A DNA stretch of 64,000 nt, taken from IMG/VR virus record IMGVR_UViG_3300012007_000015, positions 1 through 64,000 of that record. One strand, written 5' to 3'. Shown piece after piece: positions 57,006 to 64,000 of the stretch (the stretch's first letter is position 1; each line of letters begins with the position of its first letter). This stretch comes from a virus. Lineage: Duplodnaviria > Caudoviricetes. Made by a program: the position numbers and the translations under genes. The notes under the pieces were generated by a model. That model searched no databases, was not told the DNA's origin, and saw nothing but the letters and a program-made list of their open reading frames with translations.

Positions 57006-57404
57006 TTAAGTGATTTCTATCCATTTTACAATATCATCAACATTATCATAATTATCATTAACTCCATTTATATGTACGTTAATATGACCTTCATAATCTT
57101 CATCAAGACTTCCGTTAAACCTTTGGATTGTTCCATCTTTCATTATACATGCAAATGTGTAAAGACCCCAACCCTTAACTGCATCATATATATCTTCTTT
57201 TTCTTGCAAATGCCAAGTATCCACCTCTTTCACTTCAAGGGTGTTAAGGAAAGAAAGGATATTACTACATTCTTCTTTCTTGCCAATTATGTCATACACA
57301 AGATTATGTTGAAACGGGCTATACTTCCCAATTTCTTCCTTGTGTTTTTTTAATCTTCTTTCTATCTCCGCTAATAAAGCGTCTTTGTTAATGTAGTGTA
57401 CCAT
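57006..57404 (-). CDS. Modular hypothetical protein
   Basis: 132-aa ORF (YINKDALLAEIERR...). Confidence 0.65.
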   Translation of the reverse strand: MVHYINKDALLAEIERRLKKHKEEIGKYSPFQHNLVYDIIGKKEECSNILSFLNTLEVKEVDTWHLQEKEDIYDAVKGWGLYTFACIMKDGTIQRFNGSLDEDYEGHINVHINGVNDNYDNVDDIVKWIEIT

Positions 57405-57407
57405 ACC

Positions 57408-57659
57408 TCACTCTCCTTCCATATATTTTCTAAAATTCTCAATAAAACTTTTTGTTGCAAACAGTGGACACAAAGGTACATTACACGTTTTATCTTTCTT
57501 CATGTAATACTCAATATGTTCGCTAATATATTCACACGCCTTCTCAATAAAGGCATCAGTACGGACGTACTCAATAGAACCCTTTTCCTTATATCTGACC
57601 GTATTAGCCGCCAATATAGTGGGTATATAAATCATTTCTGGTGCTTCGTTTGCTTTCAT
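57408..57659 (-). CDS. Modular hypothetical protein (MKANEAP...)
   Basis: Start reassigned to the ATG at 57659; EYVRTDAFIEKACEYI motif. Confidence 0.55.
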   Translation of the reverse strand: MKANEAPEMIYIPTILAANTVRYKEKGSIEYVRTDAFIEKACEYISEHIEYYMKKDKTCNVPLCPLFATKSFIENFRKYMEGE

Positions 57660-57663
57660 TACT

Positions 57664-57846
57664 CTATGCTTTATTATATACTTTTTGCAAAAACAACTTA
57701 ACGCATTCTTTGTTGAGGTTTTGACAATTTTTCTCACAGTAGTCGCCAACATATTCCTCACACATCTGCTCACAGATATAGTCATTATCCTCTTGTGTTT
57801 CAACAATGAAATCAAGAGCTTTGTCTAACAATTCGTTTGCTTTCAT
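57664..57846 (-). CDS. Small Cys-containing protein (MKANEL...)
   Basis: 60-aa ORF. Confidence 0.5.
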   Translation of the reverse strand: MKANELLDKALDFIVETQEDNDYICEQMCEEYVGDYCEKNCQNLNKECVKLFLQKVYNKA

Positions 57847-58018
57847 AACTTTATTCTGTTGTAGTCAAAACATTGAATATAATTCGGAAGAGTTTTCCCT
57901 AAGAACTTAAAGTATCTTATTTTGTTAGCTTTATCAACATTAGTCATAGCTATATCTTCTTTTCTCTTTTGCCGAAGTTTCCAAAATCTTTTCTTCCTAC
58001 TATTCATAACTTTGTGTT

Positions 58019-58225
58019 TTAACCATCAATTAAATCAAGAAATTCACAACAGGAGGCTTCGCAACTAAAGGTGTCTGAATTTAAATCATTTCTTTGCCTA
58101 TAAATAGATAGCTCTTCCAACACCTCATGTGCAAGGTCTGCTGCTTGCTTAATAACATTGTTAATATCAAGTCCATCCAAAGTAACAATAGCAGTTGCAG
58201 TAGTTGTAACTTTGAGTTGTTTCAT
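58019..58225 (-). CDS. Hypothetical protein
   Basis: 68-aa coupled ORF. Confidence 0.5.
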   Translation of the reverse strand: MKQLKVTTTATAIVTLDGLDINNVIKQAADLAHEVLEELSIYRQRNDLNSDTFSCEASCCEFLDLIDG

Positions 58226-58644
58226 AACTGTTTCTCCCTTAGTTTCTTTAAGTCATTATACAAAGCAATCAATTCTTGTGCTTGTCCTACATAAGATAAA
58301 CCTCCAGTAACATTTATGGCATTAAGTGCTTTCATCTGATTGTCAGTAGGTTTCCATTGTGACTGGGGTCTGAGGGATTTGAGCCATTCTTGTAATTTCT
58401 TATAATATTTTGGATGGGCATTTCTATCTCCATCAAATGCTCTTTCTGTCTCCCTGATAATTAATATCTCAAGTGCTCCGATAATATTACATATATAATT
58501 TTCATCCTCTTCACTCCAAGCAGGGTTCTGCTCAATCTTTTTCAACTGCTTGTGTTCCGCATCCCACTTATACCCAGCTTCACGCATCTTTTGGAATAAC
58601 TGAGTGAGCAAATTGTTTATGTCTTTTATAATTCTTTCTTCCAT
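58222..58644 (-). CDS. Modular hypothetical protein (WSEEDE family)
   Basis: LFQKMREAGYKWDAE...NPAWSEEDE...WLKSLRPQSQWKP. Confidence 0.65.
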   Translation of the reverse strand: MEERIIKDINNLLTQLFQKMREAGYKWDAEHKQLKKIEQNPAWSEEDENYICNIIGALEILIIRETERAFDGDRNAHPKYYKKLQEWLKSLRPQSQWKPTDNQMKALNAINVTGGLSYVGQAQELIALYNDLKKLREKQL

Positions 58645-59429
58645 ATAAATCCTCCTGCTGATTTTTTCTTTCCAGTGAAACATTGACAAATACTTGAATG
58701 ATGCACACCTGTATCTTCTGATGCTTCAGCTACACTATTGTATGAACATATCAAAGTGCCGTCTTGTGAATATTTGTTTATCATTGGCAAATTTAATATT
58801 CGCTTATCACTACTTTTATATTTCCATTGATACCCACCAACTATAGAATACTTTTTACTACCATTACAGCACCTTGTAATACTGCTTGTTGGAAATCCCA
58901 AGAACCTTGACACTTCTGCAACAGACGGAAACTCTTTTATAAAATTTCCTTTTCTATCATACTGCTCTACAACCTTACTTCTTAGACCATTTGTTAGCTT
59001 GTAAGAAATGCGTTGCCCATTTGTACCATAGTTACTATTATACTTCTGGTCGCACCACTCTAAATTATCTATACAATTATTTGACGGATTCTCATCTTTA
59101 TGATTAACTTGTGGTAGATTGTAAGGATTAGGAATAAACGCCTCCGCTACAAGCCTATGAACAAGTTTCGTATATACTTTACCTTTGTATGATAATGATA
59201 CATGATAATAACCGCCAACCCTTAATTGCGGTTTTAATATATGAGCCTTCCTAAATGAGTTTACTCCATTGAAAATATTGAAGTTAAAAGCCTTACGCTT
59301 TATTCTGCCAAGATTACTTACTTGAAAAGCATCTTCAAACCCAATGACATCTTTCCATATTTCATTCGAAAAATCTGCTATATCCATCCACTTGCCTATA
59401 TCTGTTTGTGGTAAAAACACTTCTTTCAT
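58626..59429 (-). CDS. NUMOD4-HNH homing endonuclease with NUMOD1-like repeats
   Basis: EIWKDVIGFEDAFQVSNLGRIK, VHRLVAEAFIPNPYNLPQVNHKDENPSNNCIDNLEWC. Confidence 0.92.
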   Translation of the reverse strand: MKEVFLPQTDIGKWMDIADFSNEIWKDVIGFEDAFQVSNLGRIKRKAFNFNIFNGVNSFRKAHILKPQLRVGGYYHVSLSYKGKVYTKLVHRLVAEAFIPNPYNLPQVNHKDENPSNNCIDNLEWCDQKYNSNYGTNGQRISYKLTNGLRSKVVEQYDRKGNFIKEFPSVAEVSRFLGFPTSSITRCCNGSKKYSIVGGYQWKYKSSDKRILNLPMINKYSQDGTLICSYNSVAEASEDTGVHHSSICQCFTGKKKSAGGFIWKKEL

Positions 59430-60484
59430 ATTTTTTCCAATTTAAGTTTTTCTTTATCCCATCTGTAACCAGCATTAGTCATAGCGCTTTCAAGAGTGTC
59501 ACGCTGTTCTTTGGTTGCTGGAGTAACAAGCTCTAAATCTGTGATGCAATCTGGACCGCATACACCGAAACCATCATCATTATCTTCATAACTACAATAG
59601 GCAACTGCTGCGTCTTTGTGACACACATTGTCATTAGTTATTTCTTGGAATATAAATGTAAGGTTTTCAATTCTAAGCACATCACCATCCTTTGCATCTT
59701 GGATAGTCCAAAGTTTTGCATCATTTTCCAACGAATAATGTGTACAAGAATACTCTTTACCTTCATTTGTCTTATAGGTATAAGTATTACCTAATACTTT
59801 CACTATTTGAAATATCGTGCCATCTTCATTATCTATGCACCAATCGCCAATCTTAAACTTTGGTTCAACCTTATCAGCAGGCTTCTGCTTGCCTTGCTTT
59901 TCAAGCCAAATTTCGTCTCTTTCTTCGGTTGCTAAACTATTATATCCATGTGTATGATATAATCTTTCAGCATTACTATCCTTTTTTGTTTTTAACCTAA
60001 TAGTATGGCAATTCAGACTTTTAGCTACTTCATCTGTAACTTCAAGTATTTTAGTCCCAATTCCTTTATTACGATATTCATCATTCACATATAGTCCTGC
60101 TAAATATAGTATATTAGGCTCATCTTTATATGAATAAAAACTAAACCTATACAATATATCTGCATCTTCATTATTATTTTGCTCACCTTGCTTTTCAAGC
60201 CAAGCAATCCAAATTTTATACTTCTCTCTCACCTCATCAAAAGAACTACCTTCTATTCCCTTAGCGAAGTGCGATATTATGTCTTTTCTTATCCTATCAT
60301 CCTCGTTCTCTTTGAGTTCGGGGAACATTTCTTCAAGGTCGTTTCTGTTTATAACTGTTGAGCCGTTGTCATAAACCTTTTCAGCTATTTTCTTAACAGC
60401 TTCTTCGTTTACTTTATATGTATTTACATTGTTCATAATCACAACAAATTTAATTCGTTTAACTTTAATATAAGTTTGTAGCAA
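59426..60484 (-). CDS. Modular protein with an embedded GNAT domain
   Basis: LAGLYVNDEYRNKGIGTKIL...AERLYHTHGY lies between two WLEKQG motifs. Confidence 0.75.
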   Translation of the reverse strand: MLQTYIKVKRIKFVVIMNNVNTYKVNEEAVKKIAEKVYDNGSTVINRNDLEEMFPELKENEDDRIRKDIISHFAKGIEGSSFDEVREKYKIWIAWLEKQGEQNNNEDADILYRFSFYSYKDEPNILYLAGLYVNDEYRNKGIGTKILEVTDEVAKSLNCHTIRLKTKKDSNAERLYHTHGYNSLATEERDEIWLEKQGKQKPADKVEPKFKIGDWCIDNEDGTIFQIVKVLGNTYTYKTNEGKEYSCTHYSLENDAKLWTIQDAKDGDVLRIENLTFIFQEITNDNVCHKDAAVAYCSYEDNDDGFGVCGPDCITDLELVTPATKEQRDTLESAMTNAGYRWDKEKLKLEKI

Positions 60485-60819
60485 GCATCAACAAAATGCT
60501 CATGTCTATCAGTTTCTATACTTTCATATATCCCGTAAGGGTCTGTATATGCAAGTTGGTACACATCATCCTCTTTGTCAATTTGCAAGTACGATGAATT
60601 ACCATCGTCATCACACAACTCATAAGGAAGTTCTTCCAACAACGCTGCAAGACTCCAACAAGCGCAAAGTTCTTCTGGGTCTCCCTTAACAGGTATTGTT
60701 CTTGCAAAAGGTTTGCCTAAACCATTACTAACCCAAGACATATCCGCACTTTCAAGCGGCAGTATCTCTGCTAACTTACGACTTTGTTCAATGGTTGTGT
60801 ATGCTCTAATTGTTGCCAT
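60439..60819 (-). CDS. Hypothetical protein
   Basis: 126-aa ORF (YTTIEQSRKL...CWSLAALLEELP). Confidence 0.7.
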   Translation of the reverse strand: MATIRAYTTIEQSRKLAEILPLESADMSWVSNGLGKPFARTIPVKGDPEELCACWSLAALLEELPYELCDDDGNSSYLQIDKEDDVYQLAYTDPYGIYESIETDRHEHFVDACYKLILKLNELNLL

Positions 60820-61558
60820 AGTTATTCTCCTTTGGTAGCTTGTCTAAAAGTTCGTCAACACTGATAGCGTGTCCTTTGTAGTATAAGACACCCTCTTGTA
60901 TATAAGGCGTAGGACAGGAGACCATCGTTTTCTTAAATGTAGGAACGTCTTTAAGAGCATCAGAGTGCCCCTTGTCGTAGCCCCTGTTGTAGATTACCTC
61001 GTCTTTGTGTTTGAATGCTGTGTCCAGCTCTTCTGCAAACTGCTTGTACATATCCGTAAGCGCCATTCTATAGGCATCCTCTTCTATGGTAGTAACGCAG
61101 CCTCCGTTTTCTTTAAAACGATTTTTCCATAGCGTGACCATATTATTTATAAGACCCTCGTCCACCTTTGTAGCGTTGTACTTCGGTTGGAGTTCTTTGC
61201 GAGCGAGTTCAAGGAGTACAGCTGCCTCTTCCTTGGCGGCGTCATACATTTCCTCGTTAGACATTGTCTCTGGGTAGTAGTCTTTTATGCAGCAAAGAAC
61301 AACTTCTTCAAACTCAGTCAGCTTTGGCTCTGGAGTGACGATAATAAGGTCGTCGTCATTGTGCATGTAGCAGTGGCCTTCCACTGTGTATCTCTTCGGG
61401 ATGCCATAGTCCTCTATAAGAGCGATAATAGGATACTTCGTGTTTGTTGCGGCATCCCAGCAGATGATTCTTGCTGAGCGTCCACTGTTCTTCTCTTGAA
61501 CCTTATACTCTCCGCTCTCTATCTGCTGTCTCATGCTGATGTCAAATTGCTTTCTCAT
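60806..61558 (-). CDS. Modular hypothetical protein
   Basis: 250-aa ORF (SGRSARIICWD...KLTEFE). Confidence 0.7.
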   Translation of the reverse strand: MRKQFDISMRQQIESGEYKVQEKNSGRSARIICWDAATNTKYPIIALIEDYGIPKRYTVEGHCYMHNDDDLIIVTPEPKLTEFEEVVLCCIKDYYPETMSNEEMYDAAKEEAAVLLELARKELQPKYNATKVDEGLINNMVTLWKNRFKENGGCVTTIEEDAYRMALTDMYKQFAEELDTAFKHKDEVIYNRGYDKGHSDALKDVPTFKKTMVSCPTPYIQEGVLYYKGHAISVDELLDKLPKENNYGNN

Positions 61559-61766
61559 CTTCTATAATCTCTATGGTTATTTTTATTTTCTTTCTTCTGA
61601 GGTTGCTCAAGTCCATCTTTTGAGGAAGATTCCTATTCCATGGGAACACAACCTCTGACGGTGCTGAATACGGGTCTTGTCCGTGCCACTCTGCTCTTAA
61701 TGTAAGTCCTACGGATGAGTCGAACTCCATGCCGCAAAGTCGTCCTGTTGTTTCTGATACTACCAT
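61542..61766 (-). CDS. Hypothetical protein
   Basis: 74-aa ORF. Confidence 0.55.
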   Translation of the reverse strand: MVVSETTGRLCGMEFDSSVGLTLRAEWHGQDPYSAPSEVVFPWNRNLPQKMDLSNLRRKKIKITIEIIEDEKAI

Positions 61767-61784
61767 AATTATTCTACGTTACTT

Positions 61785-61952
61785 CTATATCTTGTAAGCC
61801 AAATAGTTGAAGATACTGATGGTTGCCCAGAACGTAGCGTGATGTATGTCTCCGAAAAAGAAACACCCGAAACCTGCTATCATACTGAGAAAACACGCGA
61901 TGGCATTTAACGCCCGTCTGTGGAACCTTGGTAAAAGAAATCTGATTTTCAT
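61785..61952 (-). CDS. Small membrane protein (55 aa)
   Basis: Read by hand: MKIRFLLPRFHRRALNAIACFLSMIAGFGCFFFG...; two hydrophobic stretches, directly after a promoter. Confidence 0.55.
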   Translation of the reverse strand: MKIRFLLPRFHRRALNAIACFLSMIAGFGCFFFGDIHHATFWATISIFNYLAYKI

Positions 61953-61977
61953 AATTGTAGATGGTTTTAATTTTGTG

Positions 61978-62008
61978 CAAAGATAACTATTTAGTTTGAA
62001 TATTCAAA
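61978..62008 (-). promoter_or_regulatory. Promoter with the perfect palindrome TTTGAATATTCAAA
   Basis: Palindrome at 61995-62008; TATCTTTG at 61985-61978. Confidence 0.8.
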
Positions 62009-62023
62009 GTGTTTTAATAAAGT

Positions 62024-62332
62024 TTAAGTTAAAGATTGTATAAGCTTGTTAAGCTCCTCTCTTCTTGCAAACGTAAGATACGCCCTTTGTCTGAAGATAT
62101 TGACAAGTCTCTCCTTGTCGCTGATAATATTAACGTGGTCGTGGTAGAATTTCCTCACAAACCTCTTCGTGTCCTCAATAGTGCTCTTAAGCTCCACCTT
62201 ACGGCCATCGTTGGTATCGAATATAATACGCCATACGATGTCGTCGGAAGTTATTATTGTCGCGCTCTTTACTCCGTACTTCTCGTGGAACTCGATTAAT
62301 GAGTCAGGTAGCCTACTTGTTTCCATAGTCAT
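62024..62332 (-). CDS. Hypothetical protein
   Basis: 102-aa ORF coupled to the regulator gene. Confidence 0.6.
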   Translation of the reverse strand: MTMETSRLPDSLIEFHEKYGVKSATIITSDDIVWRIIFDTNDGRKVELKSTIEDTKRFVRKFYHDHVNIISDKERLVNIFRQRAYLTFARREELNKLIQSLT

Positions 62333-63275
62333 TACAATTATTATTGGATAGGAGTGAAAGGCACCTTACCTTGCGGCGTCTTATGTGTTCCACATCTGTG
62401 TTGAAGCCGAGTTTCATATTATCAAGCATATCCTCTATTTCGTGCAGCGATTTTATTCCCATGTTGCGCATCTTCAGAAGGCTCAATCTGTCTAACTGCA
62501 CCAAGTCTTCGAGCGTGCGCACTCCTGCAGCATTTATACTGTTAAGAGAGCGTACAGACAGGTCGATGTCTGCGATTGGAGTCTTCAACAGGTTAAGTAT
62601 CCTGTCGCATTCATCGGCCTCTCGCTGAAGTATGGCTTTCTCGTCGGCACCTCCTTGAAGCTCTGGGTGAAGTTCTCTTGTCAGTCTGGCAACCTCGGAC
62701 TTCAAGCTCTCGTTATCCCTCTTGACGCTATCAAGCTCGCTGACTGTATCCTCGAACTTGTTCATGCGAATCAGCAGGCCAACGACCTCTGACGCTTTCT
62801 TGCAGCCCCTGCCGAATATCTGAAAAATGCGAGAGCTGGTAAGGAAGTATTTATCTGCGATGTCACGTATGTCGGTGCCGTCTATCACGTCGAGCATAAT
62901 CTGCATCTCCCTGTAGTTTATTACATTGAGGTTGTGCAGCATAGCAGGTATCGTCTTGTAGAAGTTCTTCTGGCTGACACTTGCCCCGATTTTTCTGACA
63001 ATAAATAACTCCCTGTTGACATCGTGCAGAATCTTCTGCTCTTCTTCAAGGAGAGAGGATATTTCCTTGCGAACACTCTCCAGTTTGGTCTTGGCTTGCT
63101 CTACATCCGCAGCAGTATCAGAAATTGCGTTGATGGTATCCAAGTCTACCCAGTGTGCGTTCTCCGTACTTCCTGCCTTATGAATCTTGATGATTCCAGA
63201 CCTACCCCAGTTCTCAAGCGTCTGTCTGGTGATGCCGAGCATTTCTGCTGCCTCTTTTACTCTGATTTTCTTCAT
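62313..63275 (-). CDS. Transcription regulator: MerR-like HTH + sigma-4-like HTH + RNA polymerase alpha-CTD-like domain
   Basis: VKEAAEMLGITRQTLENW; REMQIM...IRDIADKYFLTSSRIFQI; PIADIDLSVRSLNSINAAGVRTLEDLVQL...KMRNMGIKSLHEIEDML. Confidence 0.8.
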   Translation of the reverse strand: MKKIRVKEAAEMLGITRQTLENWGRSGIIKIHKAGSTENAHWVDLDTINAISDTAADVEQAKTKLESVRKEISSLLEEEQKILHDVNRELFIVRKIGASVSQKNFYKTIPAMLHNLNVINYREMQIMLDVIDGTDIRDIADKYFLTSSRIFQIFGRGCKKASEVVGLLIRMNKFEDTVSELDSVKRDNESLKSEVARLTRELHPELQGGADEKAILQREADECDRILNLLKTPIADIDLSVRSLNSINAAGVRTLEDLVQLDRLSLLKMRNMGIKSLHEIEDMLDNMKLGFNTDVEHIRRRKVRCLSLLSNNNCNDYGNK

Positions 63276-63347
63276 AGTTATTTCTCCTTTAATCTCGTTT
63301 GTATATCATTGCATTATAAGCTCCTGCAAATGCTCCTCCAATACCTA

Positions 63348-63378
63348 CAAAGATAAAATTATTTGTATGTATTCCAAA
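63348..63378 (-). promoter_or_regulatory. Promoter of the alpha-CTD regulator gene
   Basis: Minus strand TTTGGAATACATACAAA, then TATCTTTG (63355-63348). Confidence 0.7.
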
Positions 63379-63746
63379 TGCTATAAACAAAATAGCAGTA
63401 CACAATAAAATAGTTGTTAAAGACATTTTCATAGTTATTTCTTTAGTTGTTTGATAATATAATTAAGCCGCCATGTAGGAATAGTCATTGACTTATTTTC
63501 AATAGCACTATTAACTATTCGCTCAATCTCATCAAGCACATAGTGGAATACGCTGTAGTCATGGTCTTTCTTCATATATGTTTCACTTTTTCCATAGTTT
63601 AAAATGGTCTATCTTGTCATTACACGGAGAGCCTATCTCGTCTGGGCAGTATTTATCCAACGAACAACTTTCGCACCCTTTTCCTCTTTTACATGGAACA
63701 TGTCTAACTCCGTCGATTTCAATTACAATATCTTTCATACTCTTAC

Positions 63747-63977
63747 TTATTTATGTTTATCAATATCTTCGTGTGTGGTATTTATGCGTCCCTTGTCAAG
63801 CAGGTAGTGCATGATGTCCTTGAGGTTTTTATCACGGTCTTTCTTTGTTCCAGACCACATTGTAACAACCTTGCTTTGCAATTCAAAATACGCCTCCGAT
63901 TGTCCTTTGCGTAACATATCAAGGTATTGTACATACGCCTGCGTGATGTCTTCGTAGGAAATCTTCTGGTCTTTCAT
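63747..63977 (-). CDS. Hypothetical protein
   Basis: 76-aa ORF. Confidence 0.55.
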   Translation of the reverse strand: MKDQKISYEDITQAYVQYLDMLRKGQSEAYFELQSKVVTMWSGTKKDRDKNLKDIMHYLLDKGRINTTHEDIDKHK

Positions 63978-64000
63978 CAGTTCAAGGATGATAACCTGTA

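Larger units (their letters stand above)
1..64000. mobile_element. Tailed bacteriophage genome segment (siphovirus-like, probable Bacteroidales host)
   Basis: Terminase, portal, capsid, tail tube, tape measure, lysis, DnaB and RecT modules are all present. Promoters are Bacteroidetes-type TAnnTTTG. No host housekeeping context is visible. Confidence 0.95.

Noticed and set aside
58626-59429. Group I intron around the HNH gene
   Set aside because: The ORF overlaps both neighbours, leaving no non-coding flanks for a ribozyme core.
61774-61980. 68-aa ORF from the supplied track
   Set aside because: It starts inside the promoter's -7 box; the overlapping 55-aa membrane ORF (61785-61952) fits the promoter and leader better.
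1-64000. CRISPR array
   Set aside because: No run of equal repeats with unique spacers; all repeats found are coding or paired.
1-64000. Stop-codon reassignment
   Set aside because: Long genes are intact under the standard code, and TAG, TGA and TAA all end genes that are followed by coupled starts.

Overview
This window is about 64 kb of a tailed dsDNA phage (siphovirus-type). The host is most likely Bacteroidales (Prevotella-like), inferred from repeated TTTG-N19-20-TAnnTTTG promoters, AT-rich leaders without Shine-Dalgarno sites, and the gene families present. Layout: rightward early and replication genes (0.45-7.9 kb: DUF3127-like, NUMOD4-HNH, initiator-like, DnaB, SSB-like); a leftward head-tail operon (22.6 to 8.0 kb: scaffold, decoration, capsid, connectors, tail tube, frameshifted chaperone, 2338-aa tape measure, Dit-like); a divergent rightward operon (22.8-36.5 kb: intein-containing TerL, portal, holin-like, lysozyme, a second tail-tube paralogue, BspA-like LRR protein, u-spanin, 1851-aa tail protein); a separately promoted operon of unknown function (36.8-40.2 kb); and a long leftward accessory and recombination arm (tRNA-Phe, DnaN, DnaA-domain-IV-like protein, MazG, RecT, YqaJ, SSB, TrpF-like, endonucleases, motif-bounded modular genes, MerR/alpha-CTD regulator). 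I found no integrase, DNA polymerase, reverse transcriptase or CRISPR array, so lifestyle cannot be decided from this window. The most notable observations are a 102-bp perfect inverted repeat shared by two divergent tail-tube genes that flank the head and packaging genes, a Gln-initiated class-3-type intein in the TerL P-loop, the 36.8-40.2 kb operon, a shared palindrome on early promoters, and structured leaders in front of endonuclease genes. All product calls are from motif recognition by eye; no database search was run.
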